Source: Erysipelotrichaceae bacterium (lineage in GTDB: Bacteria > Bacillota_I > Bacilli_A > Erysipelotrichales > Erysipelotrichaceae). From it: a DNA stretch of 64,000 bases. Numbering within the stretch: position 1 is the first letter of the stretch; each line of letters opens with the position of its first letter. The position numbers and the translations under genes were made by a program. This document shows, piece by piece, positions 20,068 through 28,249 of this stretch. A model generated the notes under the pieces. The model did no database searches. It saw only the letters and a list, made by a program, of their open reading frames with translations, and had not been told where the DNA came from. The stretch spans positions 18,794 to 82,793 of the forward strand of contig JAUNNY010000004.1 of assembly GCA_030531215.1 (NCBI GenBank), in the 5' to 3' direction.

Positions 20068-21162
20068 CTTATATACAACAACTGGAATCATCAATTCGTC
20101 ATCACATATGCCTGCGTGATGACCTTTTATTTGAGCTTCCTCATCAATATTGACAAAGACCAAATCACTTTTAGCAATTGCAAGATAATCACCTAAAAAA
20201 GAAGCAAAACGTTCATGGTCTTGATGTTCACCGAATATTTTTTCTTTGATAACTTCTTGTTTATTCTTTAAGATAAAATCATCTTTAAATTCCTCAACAA
20301 ACATCTTTTCAAACTCTTGTTTAAATTCATCTTTGATATAAAAGAATTGGGATCTAGTTTCGCCAGCTGGCAATCTTAAGAAACATTTTTCGAACTTACT
20401 TCCACGAAAATCATAATAACGTTTAACATCAATTTGGCCATGATCAGCAACGACTACAAGCATCGTATCTGAAGATAACCTTTCACACATATGTTCTATT
20501 TCATAATTGATATGAGCTAAATAAGCTTTACAAATATTGCTTGATGGACCGTATTCATGACAATATGTATCGTATTTATCCCAATAAGCATAGATATATC
20601 TATAATCATCTTTATTTGAATAATTAACTAGACGATTACACATGCTATCGAAATCTTCACAACCATCCTTTTCAAAACTTGGAAACAAGATTCTTGATTT
20701 GATTCCTTGTTCATTTAGTTCATCAGTCGTATCCTTAAAAGGAACAATTGATTCGTAGAATTCTCTGCCACCATAATTGTTTTTGTGATAATAACTATCA
20801 CCTTTAAATGGGATGATTATGTCATCAACTTCTTTACAATATTGTGTCCATGCTAACCATGCATTTTCGTTTGGCGATTTTCCATTTCTAATAGAAGTTG
20901 TTGCTGCAGTTGTGGTAGTAGGAAAAACCGTTGGAACTCTAGTAATCATATTCTTTCTTAAAAACGAATCATCAGAAAGATATTTTTCAATCAAATTAGC
21001 TCCCATCGCATCAATCAACATCAATATTATCTTTTTAGGTTTTTCATTATTAATGTAATTTAAAAACTTTTCATCTGCTGAATAGCTAGATGATAAACCA
21101 AAATAGTTCCTTATTGATGAAACATAACTCAATATTGATTTATTGTAATCTATAAAACTCAT
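20059..21162 (-). CDS. alkaline phosphatase superfamily protein (type I phosphodiesterase/nucleotide pyrophosphatase-like)
   Basis: 367 aa. LIDAMGANL near the N-terminus and VVADHGQ metal-site motif. Confidence 0.6.
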   Translation of the reverse strand: MSFIDYNKSILSYVSSIRNYFGLSSSYSADEKFLNYINNEKPKKIILMLIDAMGANLIEKYLSDDSFLRKNMITRVPTVFPTTTTAATTSIRNGKSPNENAWLAWTQYCKEVDDIIIPFKGDSYYHKNNYGGREFYESIVPFKDTTDELNEQGIKSRILFPSFEKDGCEDFDSMCNRLVNYSNKDDYRYIYAYWDKYDTYCHEYGPSSNICKAYLAHINYEIEHMCERLSSDTMLVVVADHGQIDVKRYYDFRGSKFEKCFLRLPAGETRSQFFYIKDEFKQEFEKMFVEEFKDDFILKNKQEVIKEKIFGEHQDHERFASFLGDYLAIAKSDLVFVNIDEEAQIKGHHAGICDDELMIPVVVYKKS

Positions 21163-22520
21163 TTAAAATCCTTTAGGAAAGCTTTATATGCAAGATATGA
21201 CTCATAGATATCGACTTTTGAAGCTGTCTCATAACATGCATGCATATTTTGAATAGCAACACCTGCATCTATTACTTCCATGTTCTTATTAGCAAAAGTA
21301 TAGGCAACTGTTCCTCCGCCACCTTGATTAACTTTACCAAGTTCAGCAGTTTGAAATGATACATCATTGTCTTCTAGAACTTTTCTTAATTTAGCAATAT
21401 ATTCAGGGTTTGCATCATTAGTTCCGGATTTGCCTCTAGCGCCAACATATTTGTTGATACTAATACCCTTACCAAAATATGCGGTATTCTTAGGTTCGTT
21501 TACTGAAGGATAATTTGGATCAAAAGCAGCAGATACATCAGAAGAAATCATGTGCGAATTTTCAAATGCATGTCTTAACTTTAAATCATTATATGATGTT
21601 TGTTTATTAATTAACTCAGCGATACAATTCTCAAAGAATGTTGAATGAGCACTAGTTGAACCTACTGAGCCTATTTCTTCTTTATCAATAAAAATACAAG
21701 CAGAAGTTATTGATGGATTTTTCATTTCTAAAGTTGCCATCAATGATGCATAGGCACAAATTCTATCATCATGACCATAAGCCATTATCATACTTCTATC
21801 AAGGCCTAAATCTCTAGCTTTACCTGCAGGCACGATTTCTAATTCAGCAGAGATAAAATCTTCTTCCTCGATATTATATTCTTTCTTTAATATATCTAAG
21901 ATATTTGCTTTAACAGGATTTTCTTTTGTTTTTGCTTTTGGAATCGATCCAAATAAAGCGTTAAGATCTTCGCCTTCAATAACATTTGTAGCCTTCTTTT
22001 GCATCTGATCATGTGCTAAATGTATCAATAAATCTGATATTTCAATAACAGGATCATTTTCGTTATCGCCAATTTTGATGTTTACAGTAGTACCATCTTT
22101 TTTACATACAACGCCATGTAAAGCCATTGGATGAGCTACCCATTGGTAATTTTTAACGCCACCATAATAATGAGTATCCAAAAGAACAAGACCATTATCT
22201 TCGTATAGTGGATGTTGCTTTAAATCTAGTCTAGGCGCGTCGATATGTGCACCCAAGATATTTATTCCTTCTTCTATATCTTTTTTTCCAATAACAAAAA
22301 AGGCAACATTCTTATCTCTATTGTTAGCATATAGTCTATCGCCAGGTTTAATCTTCTTTACACTATAAAGATCTTTAAAACCAGCCTTCTTTGCTAATTT
22401 GATTGCTTCTAAAGTTGCTTCTCTTTCTGTTTTGGCATTAGTAATGTAAGTTTTATACCCCTCACAAAAGTCCATTACTGGTTTAGTGTTTTTTAAATAT
22501 TTTTCCCATGCAGTTTTCAT
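21159..22520 (-). CDS. M18 family aminopeptidase
   Basis: 453 aa. GAHIDAPRLDLK, HDDRICAY, EEIGSVG and GGGGT motifs typical of the M18/aminopeptidase 1 family. Confidence 0.75.
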   Translation of the reverse strand: MKTAWEKYLKNTKPVMDFCEGYKTYITNAKTEREATLEAIKLAKKAGFKDLYSVKKIKPGDRLYANNRDKNVAFFVIGKKDIEEGINILGAHIDAPRLDLKQHPLYEDNGLVLLDTHYYGGVKNYQWVAHPMALHGVVCKKDGTTVNIKIGDNENDPVIEISDLLIHLAHDQMQKKATNVIEGEDLNALFGSIPKAKTKENPVKANILDILKKEYNIEEEDFISAELEIVPAGKARDLGLDRSMIMAYGHDDRICAYASLMATLEMKNPSITSACIFIDKEEIGSVGSTSAHSTFFENCIAELINKQTSYNDLKLRHAFENSHMISSDVSAAFDPNYPSVNEPKNTAYFGKGISINKYVGARGKSGTNDANPEYIAKLRKVLEDNDVSFQTAELGKVNQGGGGTVAYTFANKNMEVIDAGVAIQNMHACYETASKVDIYESYLAYKAFLKDFK

Positions 22521-22558
22521 AACATCTTACCCCTCGCATATTAAATTATATAGCAATT

Positions 22559-23713
22559 CTATTTATTCTTCTTTTTATCTATCAAATATTGATAACGCTC
22601 TGTTGCTTGGTTGATAATACTGTCCCATGAAACAGGAATGCTTTCTTTTGCTCTAATGCCTAATTCGATTAAATTATTGCGATCTTGAAGATTATTTTTT
22701 ATTACTTCAAACAAGCTTTCATCAGTATCATCGCATAATAGACCATTTACTCCATCTTCTATTACTTCAGCTGGTGCACTATTTCTTAACACTACAGAGG
22801 CTGTTCTTGCATTTGCAGCTTCTCTAACTACCATTGAATAAGTGTCATAATTTGATGGGAAAACAAATAAATCTGCTAGCGCATATAAACCATTTAATAA
22901 ATTTTCATCTTGAATGTGTCCGGTAAAAATCGTATTAGTTGAAATATCGAATTTCTGACATAAATTACGAATATCTTTTTCATGAGGGCCTTGACCGGCA
23001 AGAACCAATTGGAAAGGAATATTATTTTTTTTCAGCAATCCACAAGAATTAATTGTTCTTTCAATGTTCTTCTTAAAATTCAATTGACCAACATATAACA
23101 ATACAGGTTCTTCTGTATTAAGATTAAAATGTTTCTTTGCATCAATAGCCAAAGTGTAATCAATATCTTTAATATCCATTCCGTTTTGAATAACATAAAT
23201 AGGTTTATTGTAACCATATGAGTACAATGTATCAGCACTATTCTCACTTACAGTCCATACTTCATCACAATGGTTATAGAATTCTACAACAACATCAACG
23301 CCAAATTCTGCGATATATTTAGATCCTGTAATTTGTAAAAAATCATCATAATATTTTGAATGAAATGTACCAACTACAGGTATATTATGTTGACTTCCAT
23401 ATCTAATGCCATCAAGTCCAGCTATAAAAGGCGTATGAACATGAACAATATCAAAATGTTTCATATCTAATATCTTGCGATAATGAGGATCTACAGTTAA
23501 ACCGACATCATATGCTTTATTGATTGGTAATTCTGTAGATAAATAATCAACTATTTCAAAAGGATATTTACCACGATTACCCATATCGTTCATAGGAACC
23601 ATTGCGCAAACATCATGTCCTTTATTTGCTAAAGTGTCGCAATACTTATATGCTACTCTGCCTACGCCATCAACAATAGGCAAAAATGAATCCGAAAATT
23701 GTCCAATCTTCAT
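22559..23713 (-). CDS. GT4 family glycosyltransferase (glycolipid synthase-like)
   Basis: 384 aa. N-terminal FSDSFLPIVDGV and C-terminal E..G...LEA-type region (FPSNYDTYSMVVREAAN). Confidence 0.75.
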   Translation of the reverse strand: MKIGQFSDSFLPIVDGVGRVAYKYCDTLANKGHDVCAMVPMNDMGNRGKYPFEIVDYLSTELPINKAYDVGLTVDPHYRKILDMKHFDIVHVHTPFIAGLDGIRYGSQHNIPVVGTFHSKYYDDFLQITGSKYIAEFGVDVVVEFYNHCDEVWTVSENSADTLYSYGYNKPIYVIQNGMDIKDIDYTLAIDAKKHFNLNTEEPVLLYVGQLNFKKNIERTINSCGLLKKNNIPFQLVLAGQGPHEKDIRNLCQKFDISTNTIFTGHIQDENLLNGLYALADLFVFPSNYDTYSMVVREAANARTASVVLRNSAPAEVIEDGVNGLLCDDTDESLFEVIKNNLQDRNNLIELGIRAKESIPVSWDSIINQATERYQYLIDKKKNK

Positions 23714-23759
23714 AATAATTCATCACCTTTCATACTAATAACAAATTAATTATACAATC

Positions 23760-23788
23760 TTGCGAAAAAACATTCTTTAAGATAAAAT
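23760..23788 (+). promoter_or_regulatory. tRNA-Trp promoter TTGCGA-17-TAAAAT
   Basis: -35 at 23760-23765 and -10 at 23783-23788. The tRNA starts 13 nt downstream. Confidence 0.65.
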
Positions 23789-23800
23789 TAAAAAGCACGT

Positions 23801-23874
23801 AGGGGTGTCGTATAGTGGTAGTACATCGGTCTCCAAAACCGCTAGTGTGGGTTCAATTCCTACCACCCCTGCCA
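23801..23874 (+). tRNA. tRNA-Trp (anticodon CCA), CCA encoded
   Basis: Acceptor AGGGGTG/CACCCCT, anticodon arm TCGGT-CTCCAAA-ACCG, T-loop TTCAATT. Confidence 0.9.
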
Positions 23875-23877
23875 GTT

Positions 23878-23901
23878 AAGATTGCATGCAATCTTTTTTT
23901 T
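23878..23901 (+). terminator. terminator after tRNA-Trp
   Basis: AAGATTGC-AT-GCAATCTT followed by TTTTTT. Confidence 0.8.
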
Positions 23902-23926
23902 ATGTATAAATAAAGCTAATAAAAAT

Positions 23927-23998
23927 TTGAAAACGATTACGTTAGCGTTTACAGATAAGTTGATAACGCTTACGTATTGAAAGGCTTTTACAGACAAC
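23927..23998 (+). promoter_or_regulatory. tandem imperfect repeat carrying three cre/LacI-type operator-like boxes
   Basis: Units TTGAAAACGATTACG..TTTACAGATAAG and TTGATAACGCTTACG..TTTACAGACAAC. Boxes at 23928-41, 23940-53 and 23961-74 each match TGWNANCGNTNWCA at 13 of 14 positions. A candidate promoter TTGAAA(23977)-17-TAAACT follows. Confidence 0.4.
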
Positions 23999-24045
23999 AT
24001 AAACTTAAATTGTAAGAGCTATTCTTACAGAAAGAAGGTAACAAA

Positions 24046-24195
24046 ATGATTAAATCTATCACAACAATTATGACTATGTTTGTTGGAATAATTCTTATGC
24101 ATTTAACTGACAATAATAGAAAAAAATATACAGACTATCAAATCAACAGAATGCTAAGAGAAGCAAATATCTATGCATATAACGTGGTTAAATAA
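24046..24195 (+). CDS. hypothetical 49-aa membrane-anchored protein
   Basis: Own translation MIKSITTIMTMFVGIILMHLTDNNRKKYTDYQINRMLREANIYAYNVVK. GAAGGT SD 8 nt upstream, terminator right after. Below the ORF-track cutoff. Confidence 0.35.
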   Translation: MIKSITTIMTMFVGIILMHLTDNNRKKYTDYQINRMLREANIYAYNVVK

Positions 24196-24208
24196 TTGTA
24201 CCCCTATT

Positions 24209-24240
24209 AAAAAGCTCGATTCATATGGATCGAGCTTTTA
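24209..24240. terminator. bidirectional terminator (small ORF / lipid kinase gene)
   Basis: AGCTCGAT-N8-ATCGAGCT flanked by an A-run and a T-run. Confidence 0.75.
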
Positions 24241-25050
24241 TAATTTTGCAGTATATTCAGTTACATTAAGTTCCGTCTCACCATCTATCTGAGCAGCACA
24301 TGGTCTAGAGAATTTAACATGAATATCGTTGCCAGATAGAACGGTCGTTAATTTTTTGTTCTTAATATGTTCGCCTTTAAATATAGATGGAAAATTTGCT
24401 AAAGCAACTAACTTAAATCTTGATTTATAAATAACAACTGAAAGTTTATCCGAATTACGATCTTGATCTGGGGCAACTTTCATACCCCCGCCATAATATC
24501 TACCTTTCATCGTTGGAGCTAACCAAACATTATCGTATTCGTATGTTTTTCCATCAACAGTAACACTAGCGTGACATGGCTTGAAGTGGAATAATAATCC
24601 TTTGATTGCTATTGCTGAATAATCGATTACTTTGTTTGGTTCTTTAGCTTTCATTTGATCAGCAACTTCGCAACAATATCCATCGATTCCAAAACCAACA
24701 TTATTGATAAAAAACAAATTCTTACCATTAATGTTAACGCTAGGTAAATTCTTTAAATAAGGATTAAGCAATATTTCATCATTAACATTAGCTTCTATAT
24801 CGTTTATAAAATCATTACCTGTTCCATTAGCTTTTAGATAAACATTGTTCTTTAATTCATTGACATTAATATTGTTTATCAAATAATTTACTGTACCATC
24901 ACCACCTAGGAATACAACTTCATCTTCCTGATTAAGTTCTTCAAAAAACTTTTGATAATCAAGCCCGACTGCTTCCACCAATTTTATATCTTCACTAATT
25001 TTTGGAAGTATACCATTGTTTGAAAATTTATTATATACATAATATTTCAT
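24238..25050 (-). CDS. diacylglycerol/lipid kinase family protein (YegS/BmrU-like)
   Basis: 270 aa with the GGDGTVN catalytic-domain motif and a DAGK-like C-terminal beta domain. Confidence 0.7.
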   Translation of the reverse strand: MKYYVYNKFSNNGILPKISEDIKLVEAVGLDYQKFFEELNQEDEVVFLGGDGTVNYLINNINVNELKNNVYLKANGTGNDFINDIEANVNDEILLNPYLKNLPSVNINGKNLFFINNVGFGIDGYCCEVADQMKAKEPNKVIDYSAIAIKGLLFHFKPCHASVTVDGKTYEYDNVWLAPTMKGRYYGGGMKVAPDQDRNSDKLSVVIYKSRFKLVALANFPSIFKGEHIKNKKLTTVLSGNDIHVKFSRPCAAQIDGETELNVTEYTAKL

Positions 25051-25064
25051 AGTTCTAGCCTCCT

Positions 25065-25709
25065 TTAGATTAGACCAAAGACAATTAAAAATTCAGCCAA
25101 TGAATATGTAAGCATTACCCAGAAATGAGTTTTGAATCTACTATTCTTATTAAATCTTACAAAGAATAATATTGAATCAGAAATAAAGAACAAAGTTGCA
25201 CCTACGAAGGTTAAGAAATTAGGCATGTTCATATTTGTATATAGTCTTAATATAGAGAAACAATTCATCAATCCATTTATTGATAAATAAAAGAACATAG
25301 GTATAAGTAACTTATCAGGTAAAAATGGTTTAAGTTCATTAAATATGAAAGTAACAAAAACCAAATAGAATGAGAACAAAGCTATAAAGTATAAAAAGTC
25401 TATCTCTTTAAATGCAATCTCATAACTATAAGAAATGATAAAGAATAGATGGCTTATCATAAACGAAATTCCACCTATTGAGAACCATTTAACACCCTTT
25501 CCAACTAAAAATAAGTCACCAATCCAACTGAATATTAAGGCAATTATAGTTGACCAAAGAACATGATCGGTTGAGAAAATATACATGCCTATCAAACTAG
25601 GAATTATAAATGGCTTAGAATAATTTCTAAGTTTAGTGTCCTTTTTTGATGAGGCGATTAGATGGATTATCGTTGCAATCCAAAATATTACTATAAAAAA
25701 ATATTTCAT
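25065..25709 (-). CDS. YhhN family membrane protein (lysoplasmalogenase-like), copy 2
   Basis: 214-aa polytopic ORF. SWIGDLFLV and FISDSILFF match the same two motifs as copy 1. Confidence 0.65.
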   Translation of the reverse strand: MKYFFIVIFWIATIIHLIASSKKDTKLRNYSKPFIIPSLIGMYIFSTDHVLWSTIIALIFSWIGDLFLVGKGVKWFSIGGISFMISHLFFIISYSYEIAFKEIDFLYFIALFSFYLVFVTFIFNELKPFLPDKLLIPMFFYLSINGLMNCFSILRLYTNMNMPNFLTFVGATLFFISDSILFFVRFNKNSRFKTHFWVMLTYSLAEFLIVFGLI

Positions 25710-25739
25710 ATTACTAATATTTTATCATGAATGTTAATT

Positions 25740-26513
25740 TTACTTTTTATTAACCTTATTTCTTTTAGATCTTTTAGATTTTAACGCCATACTCTTATCT
25801 TCAGAAACACGTTCTATTTCTTCTAATATTTCTTCTTGTTTCATTTTAATTTGAGTAATGAAACTCTTTTGTTTTCCGATTAATTCTTTTTCTTTTGCAA
25901 CTAAAATTTCCTTTAACTCTTCATATTTAATGACAACATGATGCAAATCACCATATTTTTTAATCTCTGCTGCATCTATCGCAGAAGATACTAAATCTAT
26001 AATGAAGAAACCAAAAAATAAACCTATAACAAATGAAAAACTAAGATTTTGCGACAACCACGCTATTCCATCAATTGCGGAATCATGAATAAACAAATAA
26101 TAAATAGCACCAATGCTACCCCATATCACAGAAAACAAAGGGCAGATTACGCCCATGATATTTCCGGGCCTATCACGATAATCCCACAATCTTAAATTTA
26201 ATACTTTTAGCAAAAAAATACCGCCAATAAATTCAATGATAGTCATCGTTAAAGCAATAAGCAGGATGATAAGAATATCGCCCCATATCCCTTCAATGTT
26301 TATGCGATTAGATACTTCCCAGCAAATCACAAACATAAAAGATAAACCAATACCATATATAGGAAGCCATGGCCCTCTACAAAAACCAGGGTTAATGAAA
26401 ATATATCCTCGAGGTCCACGATGAGAAATTAAATTACGATAAAAAAATTCAAGAACCCAGCCTTCAATTGCACCGCAATAAAATAAAAACGCTAAAGCCA
26501 ATGGATAATTCAT
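25740..26513 (-). CDS. putative ABC-transporter type IV (CmpB/DUF1113) family membrane protein with charged coiled C-terminal tail
   Basis: 257 aa. The N-terminal pattern GAIEGWVLEFFYRN...NPGFCRGPWLPIYGIG fits this family. Confidence 0.6.
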   Translation of the reverse strand: MNYPLALAFLFYCGAIEGWVLEFFYRNLISHRGPRGYIFINPGFCRGPWLPIYGIGLSFMFVICWEVSNRINIEGIWGDILIILLIALTMTIIEFIGGIFLLKVLNLRLWDYRDRPGNIMGVICPLFSVIWGSIGAIYYLFIHDSAIDGIAWLSQNLSFSFVIGLFFGFFIIDLVSSAIDAAEIKKYGDLHHVVIKYEELKEILVAKEKELIGKQKSFITQIKMKQEEILEEIERVSEDKSMALKSKRSKRNKVNKK

Positions 26514-26604
26514 ATTAGCACCTCTAATTTAATTTTATCATACAAAAATATGCCGTTTTTTAGCTAATTCGCGCCAAAAACATTCTCTAAATGGAGGTGA
26601 TAGT

Positions 26605-26694
26605 ATGCTAGCTATTATTACCCATATATTTGTTTGGGTCGTAGTACCATTTAAATTACTGATAAAGTTTTTTAAATGGCTATTCCTCAAATAG
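26605..26694 (+). CDS. 29-aa hydrophobic/cationic peptide (type I toxin-like or leaderless membrane-active peptide candidate)
   Basis: Own translation MLAIITHIFVWVVVPFKLLIKFFKWLFLK. GGAGGTGA SD 6 nt upstream, strong hairpin terminator 8 nt after the stop. Confidence 0.4.
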   Translation: MLAIITHIFVWVVVPFKLLIKFFKWLFLK

Positions 26695-26702
26695 GTATAT
26701 GA

Positions 26703-26722
26703 AAGGAGGCTCGTGCCTCCTT
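26703..26722. terminator. bidirectional hairpin terminator
   Basis: AAGGAGGC-TCGT-GCCTCCTT between the convergent 29-aa ORF and the 288-aa membrane protein gene. Confidence 0.7.
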
Positions 26723-26727
26723 CTTAT

Positions 26728-27594
26728 TTATTTTTGATTCGTGGTTATGCTTTTTACTTTTTCTTTCATTTCAATTAATTCATTCTTATTAATCTCTATT
26801 CCTAATAACAATTTTGTAATCCAAACAAAAGCTATTACTGTTAATACTGGTACCACACATGAAGTTACTATCATAACTGCAGTAGCCTCAATAAAATTGC
26901 TTAATAAAGTTTTGGCTTTAGCTACAGCTTCAGTGGTAGAAGTTGTTACAGCATCTTTAACATCTTCAACAGCATCAGCAAAATAATTATAAAGTTTTTC
27001 ATACCAAGGAACATTATCTTGAGTAGATTCTTGTTGAGGCTGTTCTTCTATTTCGATTTCTTGATTAGCAACCGACAAAGTTTCATTTATACTGTCTTGA
27101 TATGTTTTATCTATCATATCAGAAATTTTTACACTAGTTGGTATCAATAACACAAGAGCTAATGCAAATGCAGCAATCTTAATTCCTATTTTTTTCAAAC
27201 TAAAATTCTTAGGGAATAACACATAAGAAATAAATAATGCACAAACAATAGGAACAATTATTTTAAACACCGCAAATCCAATTACTGTCAATAAATATTT
27301 CTCCAAATAAATAACCGTTAGAATCAATAATAAATATGAGCTCAAATCTGCTAACTGATTAGCAATTGGCGTACCAATATCATCGGGAATAACCGTTATA
27401 GCAATAGAAGCAGCTGATGTTGAAGCGGTCAAACCCATTACATTATCTTTCTTCTCATCAAGAATAGAAATAATATTTTCATATGTTTCTGGATTAGAAA
27501 ACTTGTTTCCTAAATAAAAGAAAGAAAATAAGCCTAAGCATATAATAATAGCAACAATAAGAATCTTCTTTTTTGATTCTTTAGCAAGTTCCAT
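26728..27594 (-). CDS. hypothetical polytopic membrane protein (288 aa)
   Basis: Long ORF with an AAGGAGGTG SD. About 5 TM segments with a central acidic Q/E-rich loop. No family recognised. Confidence 0.7.
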   Translation of the reverse strand: MELAKESKKKILIVAIIICLGLFSFFYLGNKFSNPETYENIISILDEKKDNVMGLTASTSAASIAITVIPDDIGTPIANQLADLSSYLLLILTVIYLEKYLLTVIGFAVFKIIVPIVCALFISYVLFPKNFSLKKIGIKIAAFALALVLLIPTSVKISDMIDKTYQDSINETLSVANQEIEIEEQPQQESTQDNVPWYEKLYNYFADAVEDVKDAVTTSTTEAVAKAKTLLSNFIEATAVMIVTSCVVPVLTVIAFVWITKLLLGIEINKNELIEMKEKVKSITTNQK

Positions 27595-27642
27595 AACAGC
27601 ACCTCCTTATTGTTAAACATAATTATAAATTATTTTCTTTGA

Positions 27643-27804
27643 CTATGAAATAATTGCGTAAATAGTTATAACTACAATCACAAACATCAATAGATAAAAT
27701 CCTATCTTTCCAATAAACATTGTTGATTTAAAAATAAATTCCAAGATAGATTGTCCATAAGTGAAAATTACATAGATGAATATACATAGAAAGAATAATC
27801 CCAT
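27643..27804 (-). CDS. hypothetical 53-aa two-TM protein
   Basis: Own translation MGLFFLCIFIYVIFTYGQSILEFIFKSTMFIGKIGFYLLMFVIVVITIYAIIS. GGAGGTG SD. Ends 48 nt upstream of the 288-aa gene. Confidence 0.55.
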   Translation of the reverse strand: MGLFFLCIFIYVIFTYGQSILEFIFKSTMFIGKIGFYLLMFVIVVITIYAIIS

Positions 27805-27856
27805 ATAGGTCACCTCCACATTAGAAATAGATTTTCTCGCGAATCTTTAATTTTGA

Positions 27857-28045
27857 TCAAAGGCAAATACTTGCAGCTTCTTCTGTTTCAAATAATCTTT
27901 CTTCTTTAAGTCTTATACCTCCATTTCTATTTATAAACTTTAATGTATATAATCCATAAGCATAATTAACTACAATCATTGGAATAATGAATCTATTATT
28001 CCCGACAATATATACGGTTTGTCCAATACAGTATTTACTTTTCAT
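27857..28045 (-). CDS. hypothetical 62-aa soluble protein
   Basis: Track ORF with no clear SD and a beta-rich small-domain look (GQTVYIVGNNRF...GGIRLKEERLFETEEAA). Confidence 0.4.
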   Translation of the reverse strand: MKSKYCIGQTVYIVGNNRFIIPMIVVNYAYGLYTLKFINRNGGIRLKEERLFETEEAASICL

Positions 28046-28249
28046 AGCATGTTAATAGTAAGAAAATAACTGTACATAAAAAATGCCACCACTTTTGACA
28101 GCATGAGTTTTTCAATTTATTAAAACGAAATAAATAAAACGCCGTAGAATTCTTCTTACGACGTTCGTTTTAGTTATTTCATCATCGTTTAAATATGCGA
28201 ATATATAGTATTTAGCTATCAATAATTCTTATCAACATTTAATATTTTC

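Noticed and set aside
19915-20196. Track ORFs overlapping RNA genes or rplM: 19915-20196 (+), 52974-53165 (-), 63789-63971 (-), 267-455 (+).
   Set aside because: They read straight through tRNA-Leu, tRNA-Asn/Glu and tRNA-Ala plus its terminator, or run antisense to rplM. The tRNA and L13 assignments explain the sequence far better.
28046-28249. The 204-nt gap downstream of the AKR gene as a possible riboswitch or sRNA.
   Set aside because: It contains only an imperfect terminator-like hairpin (around 28140-28175, minus strand) and AT-rich sequence, with no conserved-looking motif or convincing promoter. Nothing there can be supported.
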